From positions 1-64,000 of IMG/VR virus record IMGVR_UViG_3300028381_000200: 64,000 nucleotides of DNA; one strand, given 5' to 3'. This document shows, piece by piece, positions 1 through 9,862 of the stretch. Positions within the stretch are counted from its first letter, which is position 1. Every line of letters begins with the position of its first letter. The notes beneath the pieces are model-generated. The model made no database searches. It was given only the letters and a program-made list of their open reading frames with translations, and was not told the origin of the DNA. The position numbers and the translations under genes are program-made. Source of the DNA: a virus. Taxonomy: Duplodnaviria > Caudoviricetes.

Positions 1-350
1 TCCACCGCTGTGGTGACGAGAATGGCTTCGATATCGTCGGTGAGCCCGGTGAGCCGCAGGACGTGCTGGGGCGGCACGTAGAGCGCACAGTGGTCCGCGT
101 CCATGAGCCGGTCACCTCGGGCTAGCTCGCCTTGCAGAATGACCGCTTGGGTCTGACGGTTGGTGACGGTGGCCAGCACTCGACCGCTCAGGAGCACCAG
201 GACGGCCTCCAGCGCGTCCAGCTTGAACAGGTTGGCTTCCTGGTCGGCCTTCAGACACAGCCGCCAGGTCGTCAGGAACCGCGCACCGGGGTCCTTGACA
301 TGTTGTAGAATCTGCCACCCGTTCTGTCTGGGCGTGCGATACCGTTTCAC
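1..350 (-). CDS. IolB/KduI-like cupin sugar isomerase (3' end outside window)
   Basis: Manual translation from GTG at 350: MKRYRTPRQNGWQ...LEAVLVLLSGRV...ALYVPPQH; GTGA overlap with SDR stop; not in ORF track. Confidence 0.55.
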   Translation of the reverse strand, partial: MKRYRTPRQNGWQILQHVKDPGARFLTTWRLCLKADQEANLFKLDALEAVLVLLSGRVLATVTNRQTQAVILQGELARGDRLMDADHCALYVPPQHVLRLTGLTDDIEAILVTTAV

Positions 351-1111
351 GATGACACCCCGTTACACAAAAAGCCGCCGTCCACCACCACCGACGTCCC
401 CGTCACGAACCGGGCTTCATTCGACGCCAGGAACACGGCTGCCGCCGCCAGGTCTTCCGGCACGCCGAACCGTCCCATCGGGGTCCGCGCCATTAGTTCC
501 AGCCCGCGTGGCGTCCCTGAAATCAGCTTCTCGTTCATCGGCGTCTGAATCACGCCCGGCACCAAAGCGTTGACAGTAACCCCGTGCCGCGCCCACTCCA
601 CCGCCAGGGACTGCGTGAGCGCCATCACTCCGGCCTTGGACGCGCCGTAGGCAGCTACCTCCATCATGCCCACAAAGGCCGTCAACGACGCCACGTTGAT
701 AATCCGCCCGTGGCCACGCTCCACCATGGCCGCACCGAACACCTGGCACGCAAAGAGGGTCCCGGTCAGGTTGACGGCCAACACCGCGTTCCACTCACGG
801 GTCGACATGTCGGTGGTGCGCCGCCGCGCCGTGATACCGGCGCAGTTCACCAGGATATCGGCGGGCTCCCCAAACTCTTTATGCACGGCCTCGTGCAGCG
901 CTTCGATAGAATGGCGCACCGTGACGTCGGTGGCTTGAATCACGCGCGGCAACGGCGTGAACTCATCGCACACGTTCTCGACACGCTGCCACACGCTCGA
1001 CGTCGGCACCACCTCCGCGCCGCACGACGCGAGCCCTTGCGCTATCGCCAGCCCAATCCCGCTCGTGCCCCCAATCACCACGGCCACGCGGCCCGACAGG
1101 TCAAACATCAT
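347..1111 (-). CDS. SDR oxidoreductase (KduD/gluconate 5-dehydrogenase-like)
   Basis: GGTSGIG Rossmann motif, NCAG, YGASK (YxxxK), VDGG; ATGA overlap with upstream stop. Confidence 0.9.
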   Translation of the reverse strand: MMFDLSGRVAVVIGGTSGIGLAIAQGLASCGAEVVPTSSVWQRVENVCDEFTPLPRVIQATDVTVRHSIEALHEAVHKEFGEPADILVNCAGITARRRTTDMSTREWNAVLAVNLTGTLFACQVFGAAMVERGHGRIINVASLTAFVGMMEVAAYGASKAGVMALTQSLAVEWARHGVTVNALVPGVIQTPMNEKLISGTPRGLELMARTPMGRFGVPEDLAAAAVFLASNEARFVTGTSVVVDGGFLCNGVSS

Positions 1112-1704
1112 CGTCGGACGGTGACCAGCTGGGTCAGCCCTTCGACCTTGAACGCCCACCACTGCGCGTGCTTCAGCGCCTTGTCCAGGGCCGACGTCAC
1201 TCCGGTCCACTCGGAGCCGTAGTCGTCCCATACCACCACGCCTCCGGGAATGACGCATCGGCTGACCATCTCCATAATGCTCAACGTCGACTCATATAGG
1301 TCGCTGTCGGCATGCACGAAACACAAACTCTTATCGAAGTCCGGCATTGTCTCGCTGAAGAGCCCCGCGTGGTAGTCGACGCCTTCCTGCCCGACTCGTG
1401 CAATCACGTTCGTCACCAGCGTGCTGTAGCTCTCCACCGCCCGTGCGGCCAACTCGTTCCGGGCGTCCGTATACAACGGTGTTTGCTTGAAGGTATCGAA
1501 CAGGTGCAACCGTTTCTTCGGACTGACCATTTCAATGAGCGCTCGCAAGCCCACCGCCGTGCCGCCTGCCGCTACGCCACACTCGGCCACGTCCCCTGGC
1601 AAGCGCAAGGCTCCGGCCATCGCCGCGTAAATCACCGCGCCCCGCACCGGTTGCAACTCCGACACCGGCAGAATCAGATCGACGCGCGTTTCGGTTGGTT
1701 TCAT
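1108..1704 (-). CDS. TylF/MycF-family O-methyltransferase
   Basis: GDVAECGV, LFDTF, HADSDLYEST, GGVVVWDDY motifs. Confidence 0.85.
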   Translation of the reverse strand: MKPTETRVDLILPVSELQPVRGAVIYAAMAGALRLPGDVAECGVAAGGTAVGLRALIEMVSPKKRLHLFDTFKQTPLYTDARNELAARAVESYSTLVTNVIARVGQEGVDYHAGLFSETMPDFDKSLCFVHADSDLYESTLSIMEMVSRCVIPGGVVVWDDYGSEWTGVTSALDKALKHAQWWAFKVEGLTQLVTVRR

Positions 1705-1706
1705 AC

Positions 1707-2063
1707 CTACCCCCATCGCTTCGGATTAGTGGGACGGACCGACGGGTCTATCTCGCCGTCCCAGCGCCGTCCTGGGGACTCGTGACTCCCGGTCGGCCGA
1801 TAGTGAGCGTCCGGGTGTCTGGGTCGCATGAACTCAATCATGGCGAAGTTGGCCACGTCCATCAGCCATTCGGTGTTCCCGCTACCCACATACTTGGCCA
1901 GCCGATCCTGGAGGCAGGCTAGTGCATTGACGGGATGGGGAAATGCCTCGGCCAGGAGCCCATACGTCGCGTAGCTGTTGCCCATGCGGTCGACCATCCC
2001 CTGCAAGAATTGCAGGCTGTATTCGGACTCGGGCACGCTCGGCGGCGGCTTGATTTCCATCAC
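1707..2063 (-). CDS. phage protein, possible all-alpha nucleotide pyrophosphohydrolase-like
   Basis: EWLMDVANFAMIEF helix motif; operon position. Confidence 0.5.
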   Translation of the reverse strand: MMEIKPPPSVPESEYSLQFLQGMVDRMGNSYATYGLLAEAFPHPVNALACLQDRLAKYVGSGNTEWLMDVANFAMIEFMRPRHPDAHYRPTGSHESPGRRWDGEIDPSVRPTNPKRWG

Positions 2064-2218
2064 CGCACCTTAGAATTGGGCTGCTGGGGCCGCTGCATGT
2101 CTTCTCGGTGCGCCTTGTCCATTTCCCGCGCTTCCTCCGCCCACTCGGTCAGCTTTTTCAGAAACCGCGTGCCTTGCCGCACTAACTCCACCAACGCTGC
2201 GTCCATGTCGTCGGTCAC
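2060..2218 (-). CDS. small hypothetical protein
   Basis: Helical peptide (VTDDMDAALVELV...) filling the gap with 4-nt overlaps both sides. Confidence 0.5.
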   Translation of the reverse strand: MTDDMDAALVELVRQGTRFLKKLTEWAEEAREMDKAHREDMQRPQQPNSKVR

Positions 2219-3138
2219 GATGTCACCTCGCTTGCCTTCAGGCGTTTGCCATACATGACAATATCGCGGCCCATGCCGCGCCGGGCCAACGTGCGATACG
2301 CTTCCCGTTTCAGCTCGCCCAGGCCCAACAGCTCCAAGCCCATTTCGAGCCGCTTGCGCCAGGCGTGCACTTCGGCCCCGACCTCGGGATGCCCGACATA
2401 GTTCTGTCCGGCCACCAGGAACAGTTCCAACGGGAACGTGCACGTGACGTCGGCCACCGAAAAGCCGCAGCGCCGCATCAACTGGTGCAGCGTTCCGGCA
2501 CAAAAGTAATTCAGGTGCTGCGATGGCACGACCCACCAGGCGTCCTGCTGGCCCGCTGCCACCAACGCATGCTGAATCGCGTTGAAATCATTCGGCACAA
2601 TCACGCAGACCACACCCCCCGGCTTCAGCACGCGATAGGCCCGGCCCAGCATGTCGGCGGGGTCCGGCACGTGCTCCAGCACCTCGCCCATGTTCACCGC
2701 GTCGAAGTCGTGCCACTGCTCGGCGGCGGCTTCGTCAAACTCGCTGTCGAACACCGTGAGCCCCAGGCGCTTCTGACTGTAGGTGCGGGCCACCTCGCTG
2801 GGCTCCAGGCCAATACCTTCCCATCCACGCCGTCGGCCCTCCGCCAGGAAATAGCCAGGCCCAGACCCCACGTCGAGGATTTGACGGCCTCCAGACGTCA
2901 CCCAATGAGCCAGCTCGGTATAGCGCTCGGCGTAGACCAACTGCCACCACCCCGCGTCACGCTCGGCCTCGCTCAGATAATTCGGCTTCGCATCCACGTA
3001 ATAGCTGGCCGAGTAATATCGCCGCAACGCAGCCGGGTCCGGTAACGGCACGATATGCGCGAAGTGACAACCTTGGCAGTCAATGACCGAGATGTCACCG
3101 ACCGCCGCATATAACAACGGACCTTCGTGCGCAGTCAT
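2215..3138 (-). CDS. class I SAM methyltransferase with N-terminal CxxC (glycan-locus type)
   Basis: ILDVGSGPG, EVLEHVPDP, LKPGG, VPN motifs. Confidence 0.9.
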   Translation of the reverse strand: MTAHEGPLLYAAVGDISVIDCQGCHFAHIVPLPDPAALRRYYSASYYVDAKPNYLSEAERDAGWWQLVYAERYTELAHWVTSGGRQILDVGSGPGYFLAEGRRRGWEGIGLEPSEVARTYSQKRLGLTVFDSEFDEAAAEQWHDFDAVNMGEVLEHVPDPADMLGRAYRVLKPGGVVCVIVPNDFNAIQHALVAAGQQDAWWVVPSQHLNYFCAGTLHQLMRRCGFSVADVTCTFPLELFLVAGQNYVGHPEVGAEVHAWRKRLEMGLELLGLGELKREAYRTLARRGMGRDIVMYGKRLKASEVTS

Positions 3139-3500
3139 AGGTGGTCCAATTTGTCTATCGCTTCGCGCGCCCGACGGCCAGGCTTCCGCCCCAACGCCGT
3201 CTCGCTGAAGTCATCCATAAACTCGCCCGCTGGGGGGTCCGGAATGAACAAAATGGCAAAATAGCTTTCCGGGCGCGCGTAGAACTCCAACGTTTCGAGC
3301 GCGTCGGTCAGAATATCGTTGACCCGCTCCACCTGAGACCACATCGCATGGGCACAAACGGCGCACTTCCAGTCCCGGTCTTCGGCGGACTTCGTCGGTC
3401 CGCCTTTCGGAAACGGCCACGCGCGCCCACACCCGAGACATTCGTGCCAGAGCACCCCCGCTGCCTTGAGGCGCTTGTTCAACTCGGCGGCATGCGTCAC
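3135..3500 (-). CDS. hypothetical Zn-ribbon protein
   Basis: CLGC and CAVC; overlapping start/stop. Confidence 0.65.
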   Translation of the reverse strand: MTHAAELNKRLKAAGVLWHECLGCGRAWPFPKGGPTKSAEDRDWKCAVCAHAMWSQVERVNDILTDALETLEFYARPESYFAILFIPDPPAGEFMDDFSETALGRKPGRRAREAIDKLDHL

Positions 3501-4228
3501 AGCTCAATCACCGTGGGCTTGTTCACCATCAGATACTGCTCGTTCACTAGCGCCACGTTGTAGACGGTAAATTCCCAGGCGTCCGGTTCAGGCACCCACG
3601 CAGGGACGGGCACCACCGTTTTCCCGTAACCGCCGTGGATATGACCGCAGACCACAACCTTCGGTTTCACGCGCAGCACCGCGTCCAGCAATGCCCGGCT
3701 GCCCAGGCTGTCGGTGCGCTTCGTCTCCATGTCGTAGACCACGGCCCCGTCGCCGTAGCCGTAGGGCGGCTGGTGGCTCACCAGCACGTCGATATCGGTC
3801 GGGATACTTTTATACTTCTCGGCCAGCTTCTCTTCGGTGGCCATGAACGCCCAGTCGCGGAATTGGCTCGACCAGGGCGTCAGCCAGAACTTCACGCCGT
3901 CCAGCTCGAAGGCCCCGTCGACAATCGCCACGGTGTCGCCCGCTTCGCCGAAGACCACGCGGCTGTTCACAGTGTTGTAGAGATGCTGACCGTAGTAATC
4001 GTGATTGCCCCAGGTCACCAGACACATTTTCGCCGGTTGTGTTTTTCGCCATGGTAGCCAGGTGTATTTCCACCACTGCGCCTGCTTGTCAATCTGTGGA
4101 CCGGAGCCCAGCCGGTGCTGCGCATGATGCGGGTAGTCCGGTATCTGGTCCCCAGCCACAATCAGCAGGTCGCAGGGAGGAATATCCGGCAAGAAGCCGT
4201 GTTGGTCAGACAGCGCAACGATTTTCAT
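3497..4228 (-). CDS. calcineurin-like metallophosphoesterase
   Basis: SDQH, AGD, GNHD, GHIH motifs. Confidence 0.9.
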   Translation of the reverse strand: MKIVALSDQHGFLPDIPPCDLLIVAGDQIPDYPHHAQHRLGSGPQIDKQAQWWKYTWLPWRKTQPAKMCLVTWGNHDYYGQHLYNTVNSRVVFGEAGDTVAIVDGAFELDGVKFWLTPWSSQFRDWAFMATEEKLAEKYKSIPTDIDVLVSHQPPYGYGDGAVVYDMETKRTDSLGSRALLDAVLRVKPKVVVCGHIHGGYGKTVVPVPAWVPEPDAWEFTVYNVALVNEQYLMVNKPTVIEL

Positions 4229-4697
4229 GAAGGGGCTCAGGCGTCGTGATTTCGTCCGCCCAGCTGATTGCCTCGGGTGGATAGCCGCAATACCACAGGT
4301 AGTCGTTGATCGCGTATGCAGCCTCTTGCGCTGTGGTCAGCCTCATGTTGTAGAACAAGACCTCTAGCGTGCGGCTGTGGGGGTGCATCCTCATCGACCC
4401 GGTGTCGCCGAAGCAGAGACGGGCCACCTGCAACCATTGCCCTGGTTGACGCTCCGTGCCGGAGACCCGGCACATCCATCCACCAATACACGCGGTCTCG
4501 CCGTTGTCCCAGTCCCGCATGTGGAACTGCGTCGGGTGTTGCAGAATCGCGTCACGAGTGTGCCGCAAAATACTCGCCCCGTGTGCCGTCAATCGCCCGT
4601 CGCCGTCGCCGTCGGCCATCCCATCGAGTCGCACGTTCACGTTGCCATCGAGTCGCACGTTCACGTTGATAAGGTAGTTGTAATCGCCCATTCGCAT
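4206..4697 (-). CDS. hypothetical protein
   Basis: AGGAGG RBS before ATG 4697; contains NVNVRLDG duplication. Confidence 0.65.
   Translation of the reverse strand: MRMGDYNYLINVNVRLDGNVNVRLDGMADGDGDGRLTAHGASILRHTRDAILQHPTQFHMRDWDNGETACIGGWMCRVSGTERQPGQWLQVARLCFGDTGSMRMHPHSRTLEVLFYNMRLTTAQEAAYAINDYLWYCGYPPEAISWADEITTPEPLHENRCAV
4621..4668. repeat. perfect 24-bp tandem duplication
   Basis: CCATCGAGTCGCACGTTCACGTTG x2, in frame. Confidence 0.9.
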
Positions 4698-4710
4698 GCC
4701 CTCCTTTTGG

Positions 4711-5580
4711 TCAGTTGACCGGCCACCGTCGTGGGTCAATCACCGCTGGGTCGTCGCTCGCACAGAATGCCGTCAGAATCTGCCGCCAGATTGGTAAGTG
4801 TCCTTCAGCGATCCACCGCGCTGCCTGGGTCCACTCCTCGACCGTCCGCACCCCGACAATGACGCTGGCCGGGCCTTGGAGCGCAAACCGGAGCGCTAGG
4901 CGGGGTAGGTCGCGGTCGCGGGCCAGGAGGACCCGGCGGGCACGCTGTGCCGCCTGACGGGCTGCCGGAGGACACGGGCCACCCGCCAGTGCCCCGCGAA
5001 GCCAGGGCGACCGCCCCAAGAGGATCACCCCCGCGCGCCGGGCCTGCTCCACCAGGGACGGCCGCACCATATCCGCGTCGATAATGCGCTGGTCCAGTAG
5101 GTTGTAGGCGATTTGCACGACGTCCACTCCCGCCCGCAACGCGGCTCGCGCGTCGTCCACGGCATACACCGACGCCCCCACCCAGCGCACCTGCCGCTTC
5201 GCCTGGGCCTCGCGGAGCACGTCGAGCACCATGGCCGTATGGCTGAAATCGGTCGCCGTCGCGTTGTGCAGCTGCACGACGTCGAGACAGTCCCGGCCCA
5301 GCGCCGCGCGACTGGCCCCCAGCTGATGCCAGACATGCCGTGACGTCCGCAGGTGCGGGGAAATCTTGGTGGCCATCATCACTTTCGGTCGCCCGCTCGC
5401 CGCAATCCCAACCAACTCTTCGCTCCCATAACTAGGAGCCGTGTCAATCATGGTGACGCCGTCGTGCACCGCTGCCAGCACCAAGCGCAACGCGTCTTGG
5501 CGGGTCGGCGGAGGCAAGCCCGCATACGGCTGCACCAACGCGGCGGTGCCCAACGTCAACGCGGAAATACCTTGAATCAT
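4711..5580 (-). CDS. aldo/keto reductase
   Basis: LTLGT, IDTAPSYGSEELVG, ATK, VQLH, GASVY, YNLLD. Confidence 0.9.
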   Translation of the reverse strand: MIQGISALTLGTAALVQPYAGLPPPTRQDALRLVLAAVHDGVTMIDTAPSYGSEELVGIAASGRPKVMMATKISPHLRTSRHVWHQLGASRAALGRDCLDVVQLHNATATDFSHTAMVLDVLREAQAKRQVRWVGASVYAVDDARAALRAGVDVVQIAYNLLDQRIIDADMVRPSLVEQARRAGVILLGRSPWLRGALAGGPCPPAARQAAQRARRVLLARDRDLPRLALRFALQGPASVIVGVRTVEEWTQAARWIAEGHLPIWRQILTAFCASDDPAVIDPRRWPVN

Positions 5581-6299
5581 TGCGCTCGCGCCGCCAGCAC
5601 ATCCTTCAACCGGAAATACGGGTTGGTCGGATAAATCGCCGCATACAGATCGCGCGCCTGGTGATAGTCGTCTTCGGTGTCCACCGTCAGCCGCACGTGC
5701 CCCAGGTCCGGCCCATCGTAGGGAATCAGATACCGCGTCGCCTTGATCAGACGCTTCATCTGCAACGAGACGTGCTCCCGGTCTGGTCCGGCCTCAGCGG
5801 TATCCCACGTATCCGCCAACGCGGCCAGGTTGAAGATTTCCGCGTCGAGCCCGTCGGGATATTTGTAGCCAGGGTGGTGATTGGTGGGCGTGCCCGTGCT
5901 GACACACGCGTAGAGAGGTGTGCGGGGACGAAACATGGTCGCCATCGCGCCATATTCCTTAATCAGCTGGGTCAGCACGTCCGGGTCGATAAACGGGCAG
6001 TCGGCCGTAATCCGTAGAATGTGTTCGGCCTCGAAGTGCATCGCCGCCTCGTAGAAGCGGTCCAGCACGTCATCGTCCGCGCCGCTGTAGACCTCATGCA
6101 CCGACTTGTTAATCTTCTGCCGCAACACGTTGTTGCTCGGGTCGCGGCCCGTCACAATCACAACTTGGTGCACCAGCGGACACTGCGCCACACGCGAGAC
6201 GATATGCCAGAGCATCGGCACGCCCACCAACGGCAATAGCACTTTGCCGGGCAGTCGAGTCGATCCCATCCGGGCTTGAATGAACGCGGTAATTTTCAA
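5577..6299 (-). CDS. SpsF-like cytidylyltransferase
   Basis: IQARMGSTRLPGKVL, DVLDRF, RITADCPFID, LTVDT. Confidence 0.9.
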   Translation of the reverse strand: MKITAFIQARMGSTRLPGKVLLPLVGVPMLWHIVSRVAQCPLVHQVVIVTGRDPSNNVLRQKINKSVHEVYSGADDDVLDRFYEAAMHFEAEHILRITADCPFIDPDVLTQLIKEYGAMATMFRPRTPLYACVSTGTPTNHHPGYKYPDGLDAEIFNLAALADTWDTAEAGPDREHVSLQMKRLIKATRYLIPYDGPDLGHVRLTVDTEDDYHQARDLYAAIYPTNPYFRLKDVLAARAQ

Positions 6300-6335
6300 C
6301 GGGTGAGACTCAGGTCGCTCTGTTTTAATAATATT

Positions 6336-7190
6336 TCAAGTAGCGAGAGAAAGTAAAGCCCGCTGCGGCAACGTGGGCCGAAGCCCGTCCACGGGGTCTG
6401 CGCGCCAGGCCCGTTCTTCCTTTTCGCATGGCTGAGGCACCTTTAATCCGCTGCCCCGCGCGACGGCCCCACCCTGCACCAGCTGAATCACGTCGGTGAG
6501 TGCGCCGGGTTGCCAACAATGCCCGTAGGCCGACTCCACGCCAAGCCCATCGTCCAGGTCCAGGTGGCATTCGACGGTGGAGGCGTGAAAGCCCAGCGCC
6601 GCCAGCGCTACCACGGCGGCATTCCCCGTATGGTCCGACCAGCCGACCGGCATCTCATACCGCACGGCCAGCGCAGGAATTGCCTTCAGGTTGCATTGAT
6701 CCAAGGGCGTCGGATAGCCGGACACACCGTGCAGAAGCGTAATGGGCACCCCGCCGCGCATCAACAAGCGCATGGACCGGTCAATTTCGGCGAGGGTCGC
6801 CATACCCGTACCTAACACGAGGCGTTTGCGTAGCTCGCGCACCACCTCCAACAGGCGCTCGTCGAGCATCGAATAGCTGCTGATTTTGATTTCGTCGACA
6901 TGTGGGGCCACCGTCTGTGCGCCCACCGGGTCGAAGACCGAACACGAGAACGCCAACCCATTCGCCTTCGCACGGGCGGAGAGTAACGGCAACCATTCAC
7001 TCGGCAACTGGCGGGTGCGCACGAGCCGCCGTTGCGCCGTCGCTTCCACGGCATACAAGCGGTCGGCCACGAAGTATTGAAACTTCACGCCCGTGCAGCC
7101 AATCGCCGCTGCCACGTCCACCAAGGCGCAGGCTCGCCCGAAATCGCCGTTATGGTTCGCTCCCACCTCCGCCGTGAACGTCGTCATCAT
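6336..7190 (-). CDS. N-acetylneuraminate synthase family (NeuB/PseI-like)
   Basis: AEVGANHNGD, VKFQ, KISS, GTGMAT, GWSDHT. Confidence 0.9.
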   Translation of the reverse strand: MMTTFTAEVGANHNGDFGRACALVDVAAAIGCTGVKFQYFVADRLYAVEATAQRRLVRTRQLPSEWLPLLSARAKANGLAFSCSVFDPVGAQTVAPHVDEIKISSYSMLDERLLEVVRELRKRLVLGTGMATLAEIDRSMRLLMRGGVPITLLHGVSGYPTPLDQCNLKAIPALAVRYEMPVGWSDHTGNAAVVALAALGFHASTVECHLDLDDGLGVESAYGHCWQPGALTDVIQLVQGGAVARGSGLKVPQPCEKEERAWRADPVDGLRPTLPQRALLSLAT

Positions 7191-7332
7191 GTAAGCCTCG
7201 CAAGGTTTCAAGGGCACAGCGGGCCAATATGCCGCCGCCGAAGGCGACCATGGGCACCATCGCTACCCACACGCCGACCAGCACAACGCAGACGCCCGCC
7301 GTCGCCCACAGGTCGCGCTCGTGACCGGTCAC
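7150..7332 (-). CDS. possible small membrane protein
   Basis: Hydrophobic stretch; GTGA overlap with aminotransferase stop. Confidence 0.35.
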   Translation of the reverse strand: MTGHERDLWATAGVCVVLVGVWVAMVPMVAFGGGILARCALETLRGLHDDDVHGGGGSEP

Positions 7333-8570
7333 CGCACGCTATCCTCGTAAGGGTCTCCGACCAATAACTCGGCCAGTGTGCCCTCCTTAATTCCCTCACA
7401 CACCACCGCCATGGCGTCGGCTAGGGCTGACGCCCCACTTGTGGCCTCCTGCGACGTCATCGCTGCGCTGGCGAAAATCACCGACGGGTGCACCAATTGA
7501 TTCCGCTTGGCGGCTTGCTGCGAAAACACACTGAGCGCCAACCGCTTGTCCACCGTCGGCGAAAAGTCCAGCCAGAATCTGGGCGCATGCCCGTGAATCA
7601 CCAGCGTCAAATCGTAGCGTTCGGCCACCTGAAGCAACGCCTGCTGCACGATTTCTCCGTTGCGCCACAGCGACGTAATCACCGGCTCGTCCCGGTAGAT
7701 ATCCAGCATGGCTTCGGCTGCGGCTAGGGCCAGCGCGTCGCCGCTGAACGTGCCGCTAACCGGCCAGGCGTGCTTCATCAGGTCCGACCGACCACACACG
7801 AACGCGAAGGGCAGCCCCCCGCCCAATGCTTTCCCGAACGTCGCCAGGTCCGGCATCACCCCGTAATATTTCTGCGCGCCGCCGAGGTTCATCCGCCCCC
7901 CGCACAGCATTTCGTCGAAAATCACCAGTGCGCCATACTCGTGCGCCGCCTTGACCAGCCCGTCCAAATACCCAGGCTTCGGCGGCTCCCCTTGCACCGG
8001 TTCCAGCATGACCGCTGCAACGGGATTGTCTCGGAGGATTTCAGTCAGGCGACCCAACTCGTTATACGGCACCGAGAAAATCACTTCCTCGAACTGGTCC
8101 GGCACGCCGGGGTGTTTGGGTTTCACCGCGACGAAGCCGTCATGCCACCCGTGGTAGCTGGTCTCGGTCGTGAGGATCACGTCACGCCCGGTTGCCATGC
8201 GAGCAATCCGCACCGCTGCGCTGCACGCTTCGCTCCCGGTCTTGACCACGCGCACCTGATCGGCGCAGGGAATCACCTCGCAGAGCCGGTCAGCCACCTC
8301 CTCTTCGAGCACCGACGGCAGCGAGAACAACGTGCCTTTCAACAGCTGCTTCGAGACCGCCGCCATCACGTGCGGGTGGTCATGACCCACGGCCAACGCT
8401 CCCAAGCCGCAGATCCAATCCATCAGCACACGGCCATCGCGCGTCCACACACGCGGCCCTTTCCCGCACGTCACCTGGCCCCAGACGCCAGAGGGAAACG
8501 CGCGCGGGCGCTTCGACAACGTGAACGACGCGTCCGGAATCCGGTTCAACTTCATCACGCGTGTCAGCAT
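7329..8570 (-). CDS. class III aminotransferase (GSA aminomutase-like)
   Basis: KTGSEA, YHGWHD, LIFDE-like, TFGKALGGG, SGTF. Confidence 0.9.
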   Translation of the reverse strand: MLTRVMKLNRIPDASFTLSKRPRAFPSGVWGQVTCGKGPRVWTRDGRVLMDWICGLGALAVGHDHPHVMAAVSKQLLKGTLFSLPSVLEEEVADRLCEVIPCADQVRVVKTGSEACSAAVRIARMATGRDVILTTETSYHGWHDGFVAVKPKHPGVPDQFEEVIFSVPYNELGRLTEILRDNPVAAVMLEPVQGEPPKPGYLDGLVKAAHEYGALVIFDEMLCGGRMNLGGAQKYYGVMPDLATFGKALGGGLPFAFVCGRSDLMKHAWPVSGTFSGDALALAAAEAMLDIYRDEPVITSLWRNGEIVQQALLQVAERYDLTLVIHGHAPRFWLDFSPTVDKRLALSVFSQQAAKRNQLVHPSVIFASAAMTSQEATSGASALADAMAVVCEGIKEGTLAELLVGDPYEDSVR

Positions 8571-9580
8571 AACATTCCCACCAGTTCGTCCTGCGTCAAC
8601 CACAACCGCTCATCGTCACTGCGATAGCGAAACTCTTCCGGCACCGGGTTCCACCGGGCGGGCACATGGCTGGGCCAGGACGGATTCGCCGGAGCGACGA
8701 CATACGCCAGCCCCGTATCGACCACGAAGCGCGTCTCGTCTGCTGCCACCAGAGCCTCGTGCAATTTCTCGGTGCCGCGAATCCCCACCACGTCGATCTT
8801 CGTGGTGCCACCGCTCAGGGCCTGGAGCACCGCCACCACCGGAGCTGCCTTCACTTTCGGCACCCAGATTTGGCCTGGCCCGAAGGACACCAGCACATGC
8901 CGCACGAACGACACCGCTGCGTCCAACGTCCACCAAAACCGGGTCATGCGCAAGTCGGTCACCGCTACCGGGGTGCCCGCCGCGAGCTGGGCCTTCACCG
9001 CAGGCACGAGACTCGCGCGACTCGCCAACACATTGCCGTAGCGCACCACGCCCAGCGCTGTCGTGTGACCGGTGGGTCGCCGCTCGGGGTAGACGACTGG
9101 CCCCATAGGTTTCTTGCCGTCTCGGTAGCCACGATTGGTGCGAATGAACCAGGACTCGGCCATCGCTTTGGTCTTACCGTATTCCGTCACGGCTTCCACC
9201 GCCTTGTCAGTGCTGACCAGCAGCGCTCGCGGCACACCACACTCCACCGCTGCCAGCGCCACGTTCCGACTGCCGTCGACATTGGTCGCCACCGCTTCGG
9301 ACCAGTCATATTCGCAGGTCGGCACCTCCTTCATGGCCGCTGCGTGCACCACGACGTCGACTCCCGCCTTCATAGCCTGGCGCACCCGGTCGTAGTCGCG
9401 CACGTTGCCGATGAAATATTCGAGTCGGTCGCTTGGGGGAAACTTCGCCTTCATGGCGCTCTGGTTGCCCTCGGTGTCGCTGAAGGCAATGATGCGCCGA
9501 TACCAGTGGTCGGCCAACGCGCGGGCCACGAACGCTTGACCGAACGACCCGGTGGCCCCAGTCAGCAGGAGTGTGCTCAC
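8564..9580 (-). CDS. pseB: UDP-GlcNAc 4,6-dehydratase (PseB-like)
   Basis: TGATGSFG, HAAAMKEV, STDKA, YGKTK, RYGNV, MTRFW, GEK-like TEKLHE. Confidence 0.8.
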   Translation of the reverse strand: MSTLLLTGATGSFGQAFVARALADHWYRRIIAFSDTEGNQSAMKAKFPPSDRLEYFIGNVRDYDRVRQAMKAGVDVVVHAAAMKEVPTCEYDWSEAVATNVDGSRNVALAAVECGVPRALLVSTDKAVEAVTEYGKTKAMAESWFIRTNRGYRDGKKPMGPVVYPERRPTGHTTALGVVRYGNVLASRASLVPAVKAQLAAGTPVAVTDLRMTRFWWTLDAAVSFVRHVLVSFGPGQIWVPKVKAAPVVAVLQALSGGTTKIDVVGIRGTEKLHEALVAADETRFVVDTGLAYVVAPANPSWPSHVPARWNPVPEEFRYRSDDERLWLTQDELVGMLC

Positions 9581-9789
9581 AATGACCGCAGCGACAGCAT
9601 GTTGGTGTTGGCGACCACCATACGCAGCTTCACTTTGTCGTCACCGTCAGGCACGACCTCGTAGATCCGATTGCAGCCCGTGCACCACCGCACGTCGCTG
9701 GCCACGATGGGATTGCCGTCGTCGCCCAGCACCTCCAATGAGACCAGGCGACGAATCCCGCAGTTCGAACATTTTAACGGTTCAGCCAT
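9577..9789 (-). CDS. Zn-ribbon protein
   Basis: CSNC...CTGC. Confidence 0.65.
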   Translation of the reverse strand: MAEPLKCSNCGIRRLVSLEVLGDDGNPIVASDVRWCTGCNRIYEVVPDGDDKVKLRMVVANTNMLSLRSL

Positions 9790-9862
9790 GTTCTTCCTTA
9801 CTTATCCCTGCTGTCCGGCAACGCTAAATTTCGTGACTATGCTGGTCGACAAGGAGGTCAGT

